Positions 52,558 to 61,526 of a stretch of 64,000 bases of DNA are shown here, in pieces. Made by a program: the position numbers and the translations under genes. Location of the stretch: contig CBDBKE010000003.1 in assembly GCA_965206645.1 (NCBI GenBank), positions 849,690 to 913,689 of the forward strand, in the 5' to 3' direction. Each line of letters opens with the position of its first letter. Within the stretch, counting starts at the first letter, position 1. The DNA is from Terriglobia bacterium. GTDB lineage: Bacteria; Acidobacteriota; Terriglobia; JAJPHL01; JAPKYU01. The notes beneath the pieces were generated by a model. The model ran no database searches, was not told the origin of the DNA, and saw only the letters and a list, made by a program, of their open reading frames with translations.

Positions 52558-52854
52558 ATGCCAAACCGAACCGAACTTCAGACCCTCAAGAATCTCATCT
52601 CCGAAGTTGATCTGATCCTAGAAACAACTCCCCTACCCCAGAACCGAACTTCCCGGAGCCGGGAACTGCTGAGCGCGGCCCTGGAACTGACTGACGATCT
52701 AATTATCCAAACCAAACTGTTGCCTGCTGCCGTTCTAGGACGCAAGGGCGGCTCCACAACCGCAAAGCGCGGCTCCGAGTACTTCCGCCAGCTTGCGGCC
52801 AAGCGGAAAACGCGGGCTGGAGGTCGGCCCCGCAAGGCAAGACCAAAGACTTGA
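52558..52854 (+). CDS. Small basic protein with LGRKGG (KGG-like) motif
   Basis: AAVLGRKGG..RGSEYFRQLAAK; promoter-like sequence directly upstream. Confidence 0.7.
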   Translation: MPNRTELQTLKNLISEVDLILETTPLPQNRTSRSRELLSAALELTDDLIIQTKLLPAAVLGRKGGSTTAKRGSEYFRQLAAKRKTRAGGRPRKARPKT

Positions 52855-52883
52855 CATTCTGCGTTACGGCATGATATTATCAT
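52851..52883 (+). promoter_or_regulatory. Sigma70-like promoter with overlapping palindrome
   Basis: TTGACA-N18-TATTAT with TG extension; ATGATA-T-TATCAT at 52871-52883. Confidence 0.6.
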
Positions 52884-52938
52884 ACTGATATACAGATCAA
52901 GCTAGACCTACCCGACTGGGATTCCCACGTTCCATCTT

Positions 52939-53604
52939 TTGATGGCGACAGCCAAGTCACTCAAGCCCATCATACCCGCCTTCTGGCGAGCAATGGAGTT
53001 CGCAGTTGCGAAGAACCAAGAATACTTCGAGCAACTTTGCGACAAGGAGAAGCCTGAATCACACATTCGCGAGATGATTGTTCGGCATCAGGCCAAGCGG
53101 TATTTCAAGCGTCTCGATGTCCGGGTCGAAGAAGAACCCGACGACGGATTCAATCTGATAAACCAACCCCTACTTGCCCTCAATCTGCGCCTTGGCCCGG
53201 TAGCGTTGCGAGTCCTAAAGGGGCGGGACGGCGCGGTCCCCGGATGCGGCTATTCCGTTGCGCGAAAGAGATTCTACGGACAGTTCCCGACTCGGCATAT
53301 AGACGCCAACCGTCAAATTCGCGAGACAAAGTTGAACCTACTCATCCTCTGGAATTTTGACAAGGAATTCAATCTGGATCAGTTGCGGTTAGCTTGTCCT
53401 CAAAAGGGCGGCTTCCGAGCCGAAGACGTGGAGTGCTACTGGAATGAGACGCTGCCACACGCCGCCGCGATCCAAGCGGAGCCTTCGGACACCCCAGAAC
53501 CTCTCCACGGCAAGCCTCTCAACGACACGGTCGAGCGCGATTTGGAGGAGCTGCTCCGCGGTCAGGATGAAGACCAGCAAGAAGAGTCTTCCGAGGAAGC
53601 ATGA
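52939..53604 (+). CDS. Hypothetical protein translationally coupled to the HTH-IrrE gene
   Basis: Clean 221-aa ORF, acidic tail, ATGA overlap. Confidence 0.75.
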   Translation: MMATAKSLKPIIPAFWRAMEFAVAKNQEYFEQLCDKEKPESHIREMIVRHQAKRYFKRLDVRVEEEPDDGFNLINQPLLALNLRLGPVALRVLKGRDGAVPGCGYSVARKRFYGQFPTRHIDANRQIRETKLNLLILWNFDKEFNLDQLRLACPQKGGFRAEDVECYWNETLPHAAAIQAEPSDTPEPLHGKPLNDTVERDLEELLRGQDEDQQEESSEEA

Positions 53605-54668
53605 TCGGTTCCAGGATCAAACTAGCTAGAGATGTTCGCGGCATCACGCAGGCCGAGCTAGCCGGGGCCGTTGGTACAACGCAATCGGGCATCGCCTCGA
53701 TGGAATCAGGCATGTATGCGCCTTCCAGTGCCTACTTGAACGCTATTTCTCTGAAGACGGGTTTTGATGCCTCTTTCTTTTTAAAAGGCAAACTGCCGGA
53801 GATGCCCTTCGGGTCGCTTCTCTACAGGTCCACTAAGTCAGTCAAGAAGGCCGCTCGAAGCAGGGCTCATGCCATAGCTCATCTGGGGCTAGACCTGGCA
53901 GAGTCGCTTGGAGGGAAACTGCATAGAATTCGTGTCAATATTCCGAGAATCAACGATGACCCAGAAAGCTGTGCCCAAATCACAAGGTCGGCTCTTGGGT
54001 TGTCGCCGTCGAGTCCGGTCAATGATTTGATTGGAACGCTGGAGAAAAACGGCGTGTTGGTAATCTTGCTTCCCATGCAAGAAAAAGGATTCGACGGGTT
54101 TTCGGCATGGGCGGGAGACGGAGCGCATCGCCGCCCGGTGGTCGCGCTGATGGGCGGAAAGACGAGCTATCGAAGCCGCTTTTCTAGTGGTGAGGAACTT
54201 GGCCATATCGTGATGCACACACCGTTACAGACGAGCGCCAGGAAGGCCGATTTGGAGGCCAGGGCATTTGCGGGCGAGTTTCTGTTACCTGCTGAAGCAA
54301 TGGAATCCGAGATGGAAGAGCCCGTAACCCTCTCTAGTCTTGCAGCAATGAAACCCCGATGGGGAGTGTCGATACGAGCACTAGCCAACACGGCACACCG
54401 CTTGGGAAAACTGACTCAGAACCAGTACAGATACCTAAGTCAGAAGATGAACGCTACCTGGGGCACCTATCGCGAGCCCGGCGATGAGAGAATCGCACAA
54501 GAGAAACCGCGCTTGATGCGTAAGATGGCCGAGATAACGTACGGGGGGGCTATTTATCCGGCGCGGCTCAGCAGAGATTCCGGTGTGCCACAAGGGCTCC
54601 TAAAGCAAATTCTGTGCCTTGATGTGCCGCATCCCACAGGCGCTACAGTCCTGCAATTCAAACGCTGA
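53601..54668 (+). CDS. XRE HTH + ImmA/IrrE metallopeptidase-like regulator
   Basis: IKLARDVRGITQAELA..ESG; RFSSGEELGHIVMH; EARAFAGEFLLP; WGVS. Confidence 0.88.
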   Translation: MIGSRIKLARDVRGITQAELAGAVGTTQSGIASMESGMYAPSSAYLNAISLKTGFDASFFLKGKLPEMPFGSLLYRSTKSVKKAARSRAHAIAHLGLDLAESLGGKLHRIRVNIPRINDDPESCAQITRSALGLSPSSPVNDLIGTLEKNGVLVILLPMQEKGFDGFSAWAGDGAHRRPVVALMGGKTSYRSRFSSGEELGHIVMHTPLQTSARKADLEARAFAGEFLLPAEAMESEMEEPVTLSSLAAMKPRWGVSIRALANTAHRLGKLTQNQYRYLSQKMNATWGTYREPGDERIAQEKPRLMRKMAEITYGGAIYPARLSRDSGVPQGLLKQILCLDVPHPTGATVLQFKR

Positions 54669-54723
54669 TCGAGAGCCCGCCGCTCCTTGCCGATCCTGAC
54701 CCTGGTGGAGGGGTCCAATTACC

Positions 54724-54752
54724 TTTACAACAGAGAGCGCTCGCTGTATAAT
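54724..54752 (+). promoter_or_regulatory. Transposase promoter, likely leaderless
   Basis: TTTACA-N17-TATAAT, 6 nt before ATG 54759. Confidence 0.65.
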
Positions 54753-54758
54753 TGAATC

Positions 54759-55733
54759 ATGAATACGGCAGTAAGATCAACGCCTACAATGAGTTGCCCG
54801 GAGTGTGGCGGTAAATGTCAACGCTTTGGAAAACATCGAAATGGACTTCGCCGTTTTCGTTGCCCGAAGTGCCGCAAGACCTACACCGAACCGCATAAGC
54901 GCACTTTTGGCACGATGTACGTTCCTCAGGACAAGGCTCTGTTGGCTGTGCAACTACTGTTGGAAGGCAACAGCATTCGGAGCACTGAGCGCATCACGGG
55001 GCTGGATCGAAACACCATCATGAAGGTCTTGGTGCTCGCTGGCGAGAAGTGCGAGAAGGTCATGGGACGGCTGATCGTGAATGTGCCGGTCAAGGATGTT
55101 CAGTGCGATGAAATCTGGGGTTTCATCCGTAAGAAGGAAGCCCACAAGACGCCCGAGGAAGTCGCCACTGACGCCACGATCGGAGACGCTTACGCGTTCG
55201 TTGCGATCGAGCGGAACACGAAGCTGATTCTCAACTTTGCGCTGGGCCGTCGGGATCAGGCAACGACGGACGCCTTTATTGAAGGCTTGCGGCTTGCCAC
55301 TGCACCCCGGCAGTTCCAGATCTCTACCGATGGCTTCCGGCCGTACATCACGGCGATTGAGGATGCTCTTGAAGACCGCGTTGACTACGGCATGCTGGTT
55401 AAGCAATACAGCGAGGCTCCGACCGATGAGAAGCGCTATAGCCCGGCCCAGTGTACCGGCTGCAAGCGGAAAAAGATGATCGGCAACCCGGATCGAGAGC
55501 GCATCAGCACGTCCCACGTCGAACGCCAGAATCTCACAATGCGGATGCAGATTCGACGCCTAACGCGGCTCACGAACGCTTTCAGCAAAAAGTGGGAGAA
55601 CCATTGGGCAGCGCTCGCCCTGCATTTCGGATACTACAATTTCTGTCGGATTCACTCATCGATCCGAGTCACCCCGGCCATGGAAGCGGGGATCTCGGAT
55701 CACGTGTGGGACTTGGGAGAGCTGCTGTCGTAA
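54759..55733 (+). CDS. IS1-family transposase, single ORF
   Basis: CPEC..CPKC zinc finger, HTH, VQCDEIW, STDG, STSHVERQN..RRLTR.T.AFSKK. Confidence 0.92.
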   Translation: MNTAVRSTPTMSCPECGGKCQRFGKHRNGLRRFRCPKCRKTYTEPHKRTFGTMYVPQDKALLAVQLLLEGNSIRSTERITGLDRNTIMKVLVLAGEKCEKVMGRLIVNVPVKDVQCDEIWGFIRKKEAHKTPEEVATDATIGDAYAFVAIERNTKLILNFALGRRDQATTDAFIEGLRLATAPRQFQISTDGFRPYITAIEDALEDRVDYGMLVKQYSEAPTDEKRYSPAQCTGCKRKKMIGNPDRERISTSHVERQNLTMRMQIRRLTRLTNAFSKKWENHWAALALHFGYYNFCRIHSSIRVTPAMEAGISDHVWDLGELLS

Positions 55734-55895
55734 AGTTCAACGCAGATTTCAGACAGCACCCGACGGGCGGTGAGCTTTACAAGGGCTTGTAGGTTCCGGT
55801 ACGATAGCGCACTCGGCCAAACGACCCGCGCCGGCTGGGTCAGCCTCGAGTGGGCAAGGCCGGCCGAGACAGCCAGCCACCCAACGCCGAGCGCC

Positions 55896-56705
55896 GTGAT
55901 CAAGACCGAGAACGAGTACCGCCACGACATTTGCGAAATCGGGCGGCTGCTTCATCAGAAGAACTTCGTGGCGGCCACCGACGGCAACGTGAGCGTGCGC
56001 CTGCCCAGCGGTGACATCCTGGCCACACCCACCATGATCAGCAAGGGCATGATGCGCCCCGACGACTTGGTCGTGGTGGACCAGGAAGGAAACAAGTTGT
56101 TGGGACGGCGCAACGTTTCCTCCGAGCTGGCCATGCACCTGTTGATCTACCGCCGGCGGCCTGACGTCCAGGCCGTGGTACACGCCCATCCCGCCACCGC
56201 CACAGGCTATGCGGCCGCCGGGCTTTCGTTGAACAAGGCGTTGATCTCCGAGATTGTGCTGTCGCTGGGATGCGTGCCCCTGGCGCGCTACGGCACACCG
56301 GGAACGCCGGAGCTGACTGACGCGTTGAAAGACTTGGTGCCCAGCTACGACGCCATCCTGATGGCCAATCACGGCGTGGTCACCTACGGCGGGGACCTGC
56401 TGGGCGCTTACTTCAAGATGGAGACCGTGGAGCACTTTGCACGGATATCGCTGGCTACCGAGATGTTAGGACGGCAGGTGCTGCTCACCAGCGCTGAGGT
56501 CGAGAAACTGATGCAGGCCCGCCAGCGCTATTTCGGGCTGGAGTCGGCCCCGTCGGCCGGCCCCAGCTGCCCAGTGGTGTCCGACGCGCCGCCGGATGAG
56601 CTACCTCAGGGAAACCAATCCGGCCATCGGTTCTACGTCACGCGGGAGGAATTGCTGGCCCTGGTGGACGACTTGCTCAAGTCGCGGGCCTTGGCCAGCC
56701 GCTAG
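55896..56705 (+). CDS. Class II aldolase/adducin family protein with putative C-terminal encapsulation peptide
   Basis: DGNVSVR, TPT, SSELAMH, HAHP, NHG; tail TREELLALVDDLLK after a Pro-rich linker. Confidence 0.9.
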   Translation: MIKTENEYRHDICEIGRLLHQKNFVAATDGNVSVRLPSGDILATPTMISKGMMRPDDLVVVDQEGNKLLGRRNVSSELAMHLLIYRRRPDVQAVVHAHPATATGYAAAGLSLNKALISEIVLSLGCVPLARYGTPGTPELTDALKDLVPSYDAILMANHGVVTYGGDLLGAYFKMETVEHFARISLATEMLGRQVLLTSAEVEKLMQARQRYFGLESAPSAGPSCPVVSDAPPDELPQGNQSGHRFYVTREELLALVDDLLKSRALASR

Positions 56706-56753
56706 ACCAGGTGAGGCCGCACGAACCAGGAGGAGCGGAAACAAGGAGGATCT

Positions 56754-57053
56754 ATGGGTGATGCCCTTGGAATGATCGAGACGCGCGGATTGGTGGCGAT
56801 GATCGAGGCCGCCGACGCCATGGTAAAGGCGGCCAAGGTGACGATAGTTGGCTACGAAAAGATCGGTTCCGGCTACGTCACGGTGCTGGTGCGCGGCGAT
56901 GTAGCGGCCGTCAAGTCGGCCACCGACGCCGGCGCAGCCTCCGCCCGGCGCGTCGGCGAATTGCTCAGCGTGCACGTGATCCCGCGCCCGCATCCCAGCC
57001 TGGAAGACGTGCTGCCCATCGGCAAGTCGCAGCCGGCCGCCACCGCCAGGTAG
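56754..57053 (+). CDS. BMC-H hexameric shell protein (EutM/PduA-like)
   Basis: [32 protein letters not shown]. Confidence 0.96.
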   Translation: MGDALGMIETRGLVAMIEAADAMVKAAKVTIVGYEKIGSGYVTVLVRGDVAAVKSATDAGAASARRVGELLSVHVIPRPHPSLEDVLPIGKSQPAATAR

Positions 57054-57059
57054 GCGCGC

Positions 57060-57353
57060 ATGATCCTGGCCCGGATTGTCGGCACCGTCGTGGCCACCCG
57101 CAAGGACCCCCGCCTGGAGGGGAAGAAGCTGCTGGTGGCCAAACCCATTTCCCCTCAGGGCAAGGACGAAGCCGGCTATGTGGTGGCCGTGGACACGGTC
57201 GGCGCCGGATTCCGCGAGACGGTGCTGATCGTCTCCGGCAGCTCGGCCCGCATGGCTAACGGCCTCAAGAACACTCCTGTGGACTCGGCCATTGTCGGCA
57301 TCGTGGATACGGTCGAGATGGACGAAGAGGAAGCGACCGGGAGAAAGCAATGA
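57060..57353 (+). CDS. BMC-P vertex protein (EutN/CcmL family)
   Basis: MILARIVGTVVATRK..AVDTVGAG..GSSAR..DSAIVGIVD. Confidence 0.95.
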   Translation: MILARIVGTVVATRKDPRLEGKKLLVAKPISPQGKDEAGYVVAVDTVGAGFRETVLIVSGSSARMANGLKNTPVDSAIVGIVDTVEMDEEEATGRKQ

Positions 57354-57613
57354 CGCTGGCGCGTGTGGTGGGCCGCGTCTGGGCCACCATGAAGAACGAT
57401 ACCCTGGAAGGCAAGAAGATGCTGGTCGTCCAGCCGGTGGACCCGCACGGCCGCGCGAGCGGCAAGCCGCTGGTGGCCCTGGACGCCGTCGGCGCCGGCG
57501 CCGCCGAACTGGTCTACTTCTGCCGCGGCCGCGAAGCTTCCTTCCCCTGGCTGCCTGCCGAGGTGCCGGTGGAGGCCGCCGTGGTAGGCATTGTGGACGA
57601 GGTTCACACGTGA
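57350..57613 (+). CDS. BMC-P vertex protein
   Basis: ARVVGRVWATMK..ALDAVGAG..VVGIVD. Confidence 0.92.
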   Translation: MTLARVVGRVWATMKNDTLEGKKMLVVQPVDPHGRASGKPLVALDAVGAGAAELVYFCRGREASFPWLPAEVPVEAAVVGIVDEVHT

Positions 57614-57888
57614 TTCTCGCCCGGGTCCTCGGTAATGTGGTTGCCACGCAGAAGCATCCCTCCCACGAAGGACAGAAGATTCTTGTGGTACAGCCGCTCC
57701 AGTTAGACGGCAGCGCCCACGGTGATCCTGCGCTGGCGTTGGACGCGGTGGATGCCGGCGTGGGCGACCGCGTGCTTGTCGTGCAGGAGGGCTGGTCAGC
57801 AGGGGCCAGTGTCGAGCGCCCGCAGTCGCCGGTGGACATGGCCGTGGTTGGCGTCGTGGATGCCGTTGCCTTGGATGAGGGAGCATGA
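57610..57888 (+). CDS. BMC-P vertex protein (GTG start overlapping the previous stop)
   Basis: ILARVLGNVVATQK..ALDAVDAGVGD..DMAVVGVVD. Confidence 0.92.
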   Translation: MILARVLGNVVATQKHPSHEGQKILVVQPLQLDGSAHGDPALALDAVDAGVGDRVLVVQEGWSAGASVERPQSPVDMAVVGVVDAVALDEGA

Positions 57889-57953
57889 AACCAGACCGAG
57901 CCAGCCGAGGCCAGTCCGAGGCCAGTTCGAGCTAGTCCAAGAGATGACGCGCA

Positions 57954-58682
57954 GTGTCAGGTAACGGAACTGCCTCCGACCGGGCCCGCGTGGAAGCCGT
58001 CGTCGCCGAATTGTGCGCGCGCGGCGCCGGGCTGGTTACGCTGGACGCAGACGGCGTGCTGTGGCGCGAGGACGCGGGCAACCGGTTTCTCCTTTGGCAG
58101 ATCGAGAACAGCCGCCTACCGGCCAAGGCGGAGCGCGAAGCCCGCGATGGCTGGGATGCGCACTGCCGCGGCGAGTTGAATGACCTGGCGCTGGCTATCC
58201 TCTGCGCCACTTGCCTGCGGGGATTGCCCGAAGAGCTGGTGGAGGCCGACGCTCGCAACTTCTTCGAGCGCCACATTCGCCACCTGATTGTGCCGGAAAC
58301 CCAGGCCTGGGCCCGCCGCCTGCAGGAAGCCGGCGTCGAGGTGTGGCTGGTGTCGGGCAGCCACCGCTGGATTGTATCCGCCGGAGCCCGCGCGGTCGGC
58401 ATCCCCGAAGACCGCCTGCTGGCGGTGGAAACCATAGTCCGCGACGGGTTGCTCAGCCCCGAGGTTCTGCTCCCGGTGCCCTTCGGCGTGGGCAAAGCCG
58501 AAGCCATTCGCCAGCGGCTCGGCCGCTGCCCCGACCTGGCCGCGGGCAACATGCTTTCCGACCGGTCCATGCTGGAGCTGGCTGAGTTACCCGTGGCCGT
58601 CGAACCTGAACCCGCCCTGGCCGAGTTGGCCGCCGAGCGCGGCTGGCCCGTTGTTCGTTTCCCCGCCTCGAACGAAAACTGA
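57954..58682 (+). CDS. HAD-IB family phosphatase
   Basis: LDADGVLW, VSGS, GKA, AAGNMLSD. Confidence 0.82.
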   Translation: MSGNGTASDRARVEAVVAELCARGAGLVTLDADGVLWREDAGNRFLLWQIENSRLPAKAEREARDGWDAHCRGELNDLALAILCATCLRGLPEELVEADARNFFERHIRHLIVPETQAWARRLQEAGVEVWLVSGSHRWIVSAGARAVGIPEDRLLAVETIVRDGLLSPEVLLPVPFGVGKAEAIRQRLGRCPDLAAGNMLSDRSMLELAELPVAVEPEPALAELAAERGWPVVRFPASNEN

Positions 58683-58721
58683 CCTCTCTTTCCGCGGCGC
58701 AGGAACGCCAGGCAAAAGGGC

Positions 58722-58763
58722 TTGACAGGAGCGAGATAAAAGAGTACTTTGTAATACAAAGTA
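58722..58763 (+). promoter_or_regulatory. Sigma70-like promoter with operator palindrome
   Basis: TTGACA-N17-TACTTT; perfect TACTTTGTA-A-TACAAAGTA at 58745-58763. Confidence 0.75.
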
Positions 58764-58787
58764 TATTACAGAGCAATGGAGGTAGCT

Positions 58788-60017
58788 ATGACCCGGCGCA
58801 TCGCCGCCATCGTTTTCATCTTCGCTTGTACCGCGGTCGCCTGGGCGATTCTGGGCGCCACGATCTTCTCCCGGACCCACGCTTCTCGCTCCGAGCTGCG
58901 CGGCCGGGTGGTTTCCAATTGGGGCGCGCCGCAGCAACAGGCCCCGCCGGCGGCCTCCTATGAACGGGTCCTCTCCAGGAAGGTCGAGCGCGTGGAGCGG
59001 GGCAAAACGGTCCTTCGCACCGAACAGGAGCAAGTGGTGACCCCGCTGGCACTTTTGAGCAGCCGGGTGGACGTGCGATTGGATCTCGAACATCGACGCA
59101 AGGGATTGCTCTGGCACAGCACCTACAAGGTCGTCTTCGCCGGCGCCTATACCTTCCAGAACACCAGTAGCCGGGACGAGCAGGTCACTTTCTCGCTAGA
59201 TTTTCCCGCCGCCCAGGCGATCTACGATGACCTGTCGTTCCTGGGGGACGGTGTTCCGCTAGCGGTGAGGAACCGGAAAGGCGCAGCCAGAGCTACCACC
59301 CGCGTCCCCGCCGGGAAGACGGTGGTGCTTAAGGTGGGCTACCGTTCCCAGGGTCTCGACACCTGGCGGTACAGCTTCGGCGGCGAGGTGGCTCAGGTGC
59401 GTGACTTCCAGCTGAAGATGGCCACCAACTTCAAGGAGATCGATTTCCCGCCGGACACGCTCTCACCCTCGGAGAAGCGCGAAACGGCCGACGGCTGGGA
59501 GCTCACCTGGGCGTACAAGAACCTCGTCTCGGGCCTTCAGATCGGCATGGCGATGCCGGAGAAGCTGCAGCCGGGGCCGCTGGCGGGGCGTATCAGCTTT
59601 TTCACGCCGGTGGCGCTCTTCTTCTTCTTTTTCCTGCTGTTCATCATCACCACCCTGCGGGCCATTGACCTGCATCCGATGAACTACTTCTTTCTGGCGT
59701 GTGCCTTCTTCTCGTTTCACCTGTTCCTGGCTTACCTGGTGGACCACATCTCGATCCACGGGGCATTCGTCATCTGCTCGGCGGTCTCCATTCTTCTGGT
59801 CGTGAGCTACCTGCGCCTGGTAGTGGGGATGCGTTTCGCGGCCGTGGAAGCAGGAACGGCACAGTTGATCTACCTCATCCTGTTCTCCTACGCCTTCTTC
59901 TTCAAGGGCTTTACGGGCCTGGCGATCACCATCGGCTCGATCCTGACCCTGTTCGTGGTGATGCAACTGACGGGGCGCATCCGCTGGGCGGACAAGTTTG
60001 CTCGCAAGCCCGCCTAG
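58788..60017 (+). CDS. CreD-like inner membrane protein
   Basis: N-terminal TM, large extracytoplasmic domain, about 5 C-terminal TMs with LHPMNY..FHL.LAY. Confidence 0.75.
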   Translation: MTRRIAAIVFIFACTAVAWAILGATIFSRTHASRSELRGRVVSNWGAPQQQAPPAASYERVLSRKVERVERGKTVLRTEQEQVVTPLALLSSRVDVRLDLEHRRKGLLWHSTYKVVFAGAYTFQNTSSRDEQVTFSLDFPAAQAIYDDLSFLGDGVPLAVRNRKGAARATTRVPAGKTVVLKVGYRSQGLDTWRYSFGGEVAQVRDFQLKMATNFKEIDFPPDTLSPSEKRETADGWELTWAYKNLVSGLQIGMAMPEKLQPGPLAGRISFFTPVALFFFFFLLFIITTLRAIDLHPMNYFFLACAFFSFHLFLAYLVDHISIHGAFVICSAVSILLVVSYLRLVVGMRFAAVEAGTAQLIYLILFSYAFFFKGFTGLAITIGSILTLFVVMQLTGRIRWADKFARKPA

Positions 60018-60026
60018 GCGGGCTGC

Positions 60027-60422
60027 TCAGGGTCGGAGCGCTTCCAGAACCTTGGCCGTGTCGGTGTACTGGGCAAAGCGCAACAGCCGTCCATCACGGG
60101 CTGTCCACAAATGCGCAAAGGGCGAGGACATAGAATGTCCTGTCTGCTTGTACGTTCCAGAGTAGGTTCCGAATGCCACGACGCGGTTGTCTCGAGCTAT
60201 AAAATCGCCGACTTTGGCTGAAAAGCCCTCCCAGTCGCGACCAAGCGGGAGCAGTAAATTATCGATGACGGCCTGAGGACTGTGCCAGGTTCCGCCGTAG
60301 TAGGGGAACCTCTCAGCCTCGGTCCATTCCAGGTCGGGGTCAAGGACTGCAAAAATGGTCGGTATGTCGCCGGTGCTGAGTGCTGCATAGAACTTCTGGA
60401 CAAGCTTAACTGGAGTGGTCAT
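60027..60422 (-). CDS. SnoaL/NTF2-like protein
   Basis: FYAALSTGDI..WTEAE.FPY.G..FAHLW..QYTDT. Confidence 0.85.
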   Translation of the reverse strand: MTTPVKLVQKFYAALSTGDIPTIFAVLDPDLEWTEAERFPYYGGTWHSPQAVIDNLLLPLGRDWEGFSAKVGDFIARDNRVVAFGTYSGTYKQTGHSMSSPFAHLWTARDGRLLRFAQYTDTAKVLEALRP

Positions 60423-60496
60423 GGCGCGCGCGCTCCTTTAGGCTGAAAGCCCGAGATGCGCCGGGCCGGCATGTGTCGCTGGCCCGGCGCGTGCGA

Positions 60497-61378
60497 TCAG
60501 GCGCTTTTCAGGAGCACGCTCGGTACCGTCGCAAGATGGCCGAGGCCGAGTGCCTTGACTGCGCTCGCCTGAACTGGTTCTGTCGCGTCATTCAGGGTAT
60601 CCGCGCCATAGCTGGCGCCCACTACGGTGCGCGCTGGTCGGTCGCCCTTGGGGGTAACGATCAGCTTGGCGATTGCTTCGGCGATATCGTGAGGGTTCGG
60701 TGCGTCTGGCGCTGACAACATGGTGGTGAAATGCTGGAACATGGCGCCAGGGATCTCCCCCACAGCACCGTACTCCGCCACCCGGGTGCTGTCAGCCGGC
60801 TGAATCGCGCTGGCATACATCTGCGTGGGGTAGGCGCTGGGTTGCACAAGAGCGACGTCGATTCCGAGCTGTGAGACCTCGTAGCGGAAGCTGTCGGTCA
60901 AAGCCTCGACCGCGAACTTGCTCGCACCATAGAGTCCAAAAAAGGGGAAGGTCACGCGCCCGAGGACCGAGCCGATGTTGATGATCAGGCCGTCATTGTG
61001 GCGACGGAGGTGTGGCAGCACCGCACGGGTTACCCGATGTAGGCCGATGACGTTGACGTCGAACAGCGCGGTCGCCTGCTCGGGCGTGAACGCTTCCGAC
61101 ACGCCGGCCGCTGCGACGCCGGCATTGTTAACCAGGACATCGATGCGACCTGCCTTCGCGACAACCGCGGCGACAGCTCGTTCGACCGATTGGGAATCAG
61201 TGACATCGAGCTCGACGACTTCGATGTTCTGGCCTCGGAGTGCGTCCGCGGGGGCACGGTTCTTGGCTTCCGGATCGCGCATCGAGGCAAACACTTTGTG
61301 GCCAGCGCGCGCTAGAGTTTCGGCAGTGTCGCGGCCAAAGCCAGTCGATGCGCCGGTGATAAGGATAGTTTCAGACAT
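60497..61378 (-). CDS. SDR family oxidoreductase
   Basis: TGASTGFG, NNAG, YGASK; GGAGG RBS. Confidence 0.92.
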   Translation of the reverse strand: MSETILITGASTGFGRDTAETLARAGHKVFASMRDPEAKNRAPADALRGQNIEVVELDVTDSQSVERAVAAVVAKAGRIDVLVNNAGVAAAGVSEAFTPEQATALFDVNVIGLHRVTRAVLPHLRRHNDGLIINIGSVLGRVTFPFFGLYGASKFAVEALTDSFRYEVSQLGIDVALVQPSAYPTQMYASAIQPADSTRVAEYGAVGEIPGAMFQHFTTMLSAPDAPNPHDIAEAIAKLIVTPKGDRPARTVVGASYGADTLNDATEPVQASAVKALGLGHLATVPSVLLKSA

Positions 61379-61510
61379 GGTTCCTCCTTCTCTTTTATCA
61401 TTCCTCATCCGAATCATCATCGGATTCACCGCATGAGATGTTGCCTATAGATCGAACGATTCATATATTTTTGAAAAATACGCCACTTGGCCATAAAACG
61501 CCCTTGTAGG

Positions 61511-61526
61511 AAACTGACACACTACC
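61511..61526. mobile_element. Orphan IS1-like TIR
   Basis: AAACTGACACACTACC, one mismatch to 52457-52472. Confidence 0.55.

Larger units (their letters stand above)
52481..55760 (+). mobile_element. IS1-family cargo transposon, 3280 bp
   Basis: 26-bp TIR GGTGCTGTCTGAAATCTG(T/C)GTTGAAC with one mismatch; 8-bp TSD CGACGGGC (52473-52480, 55761-55768). Confidence 0.93.

Noticed and set aside
56601-57886. 412-aa and 236-aa minus-strand ORFs
   Set aside because: They overlap clear BMC shell genes on the plus strand.
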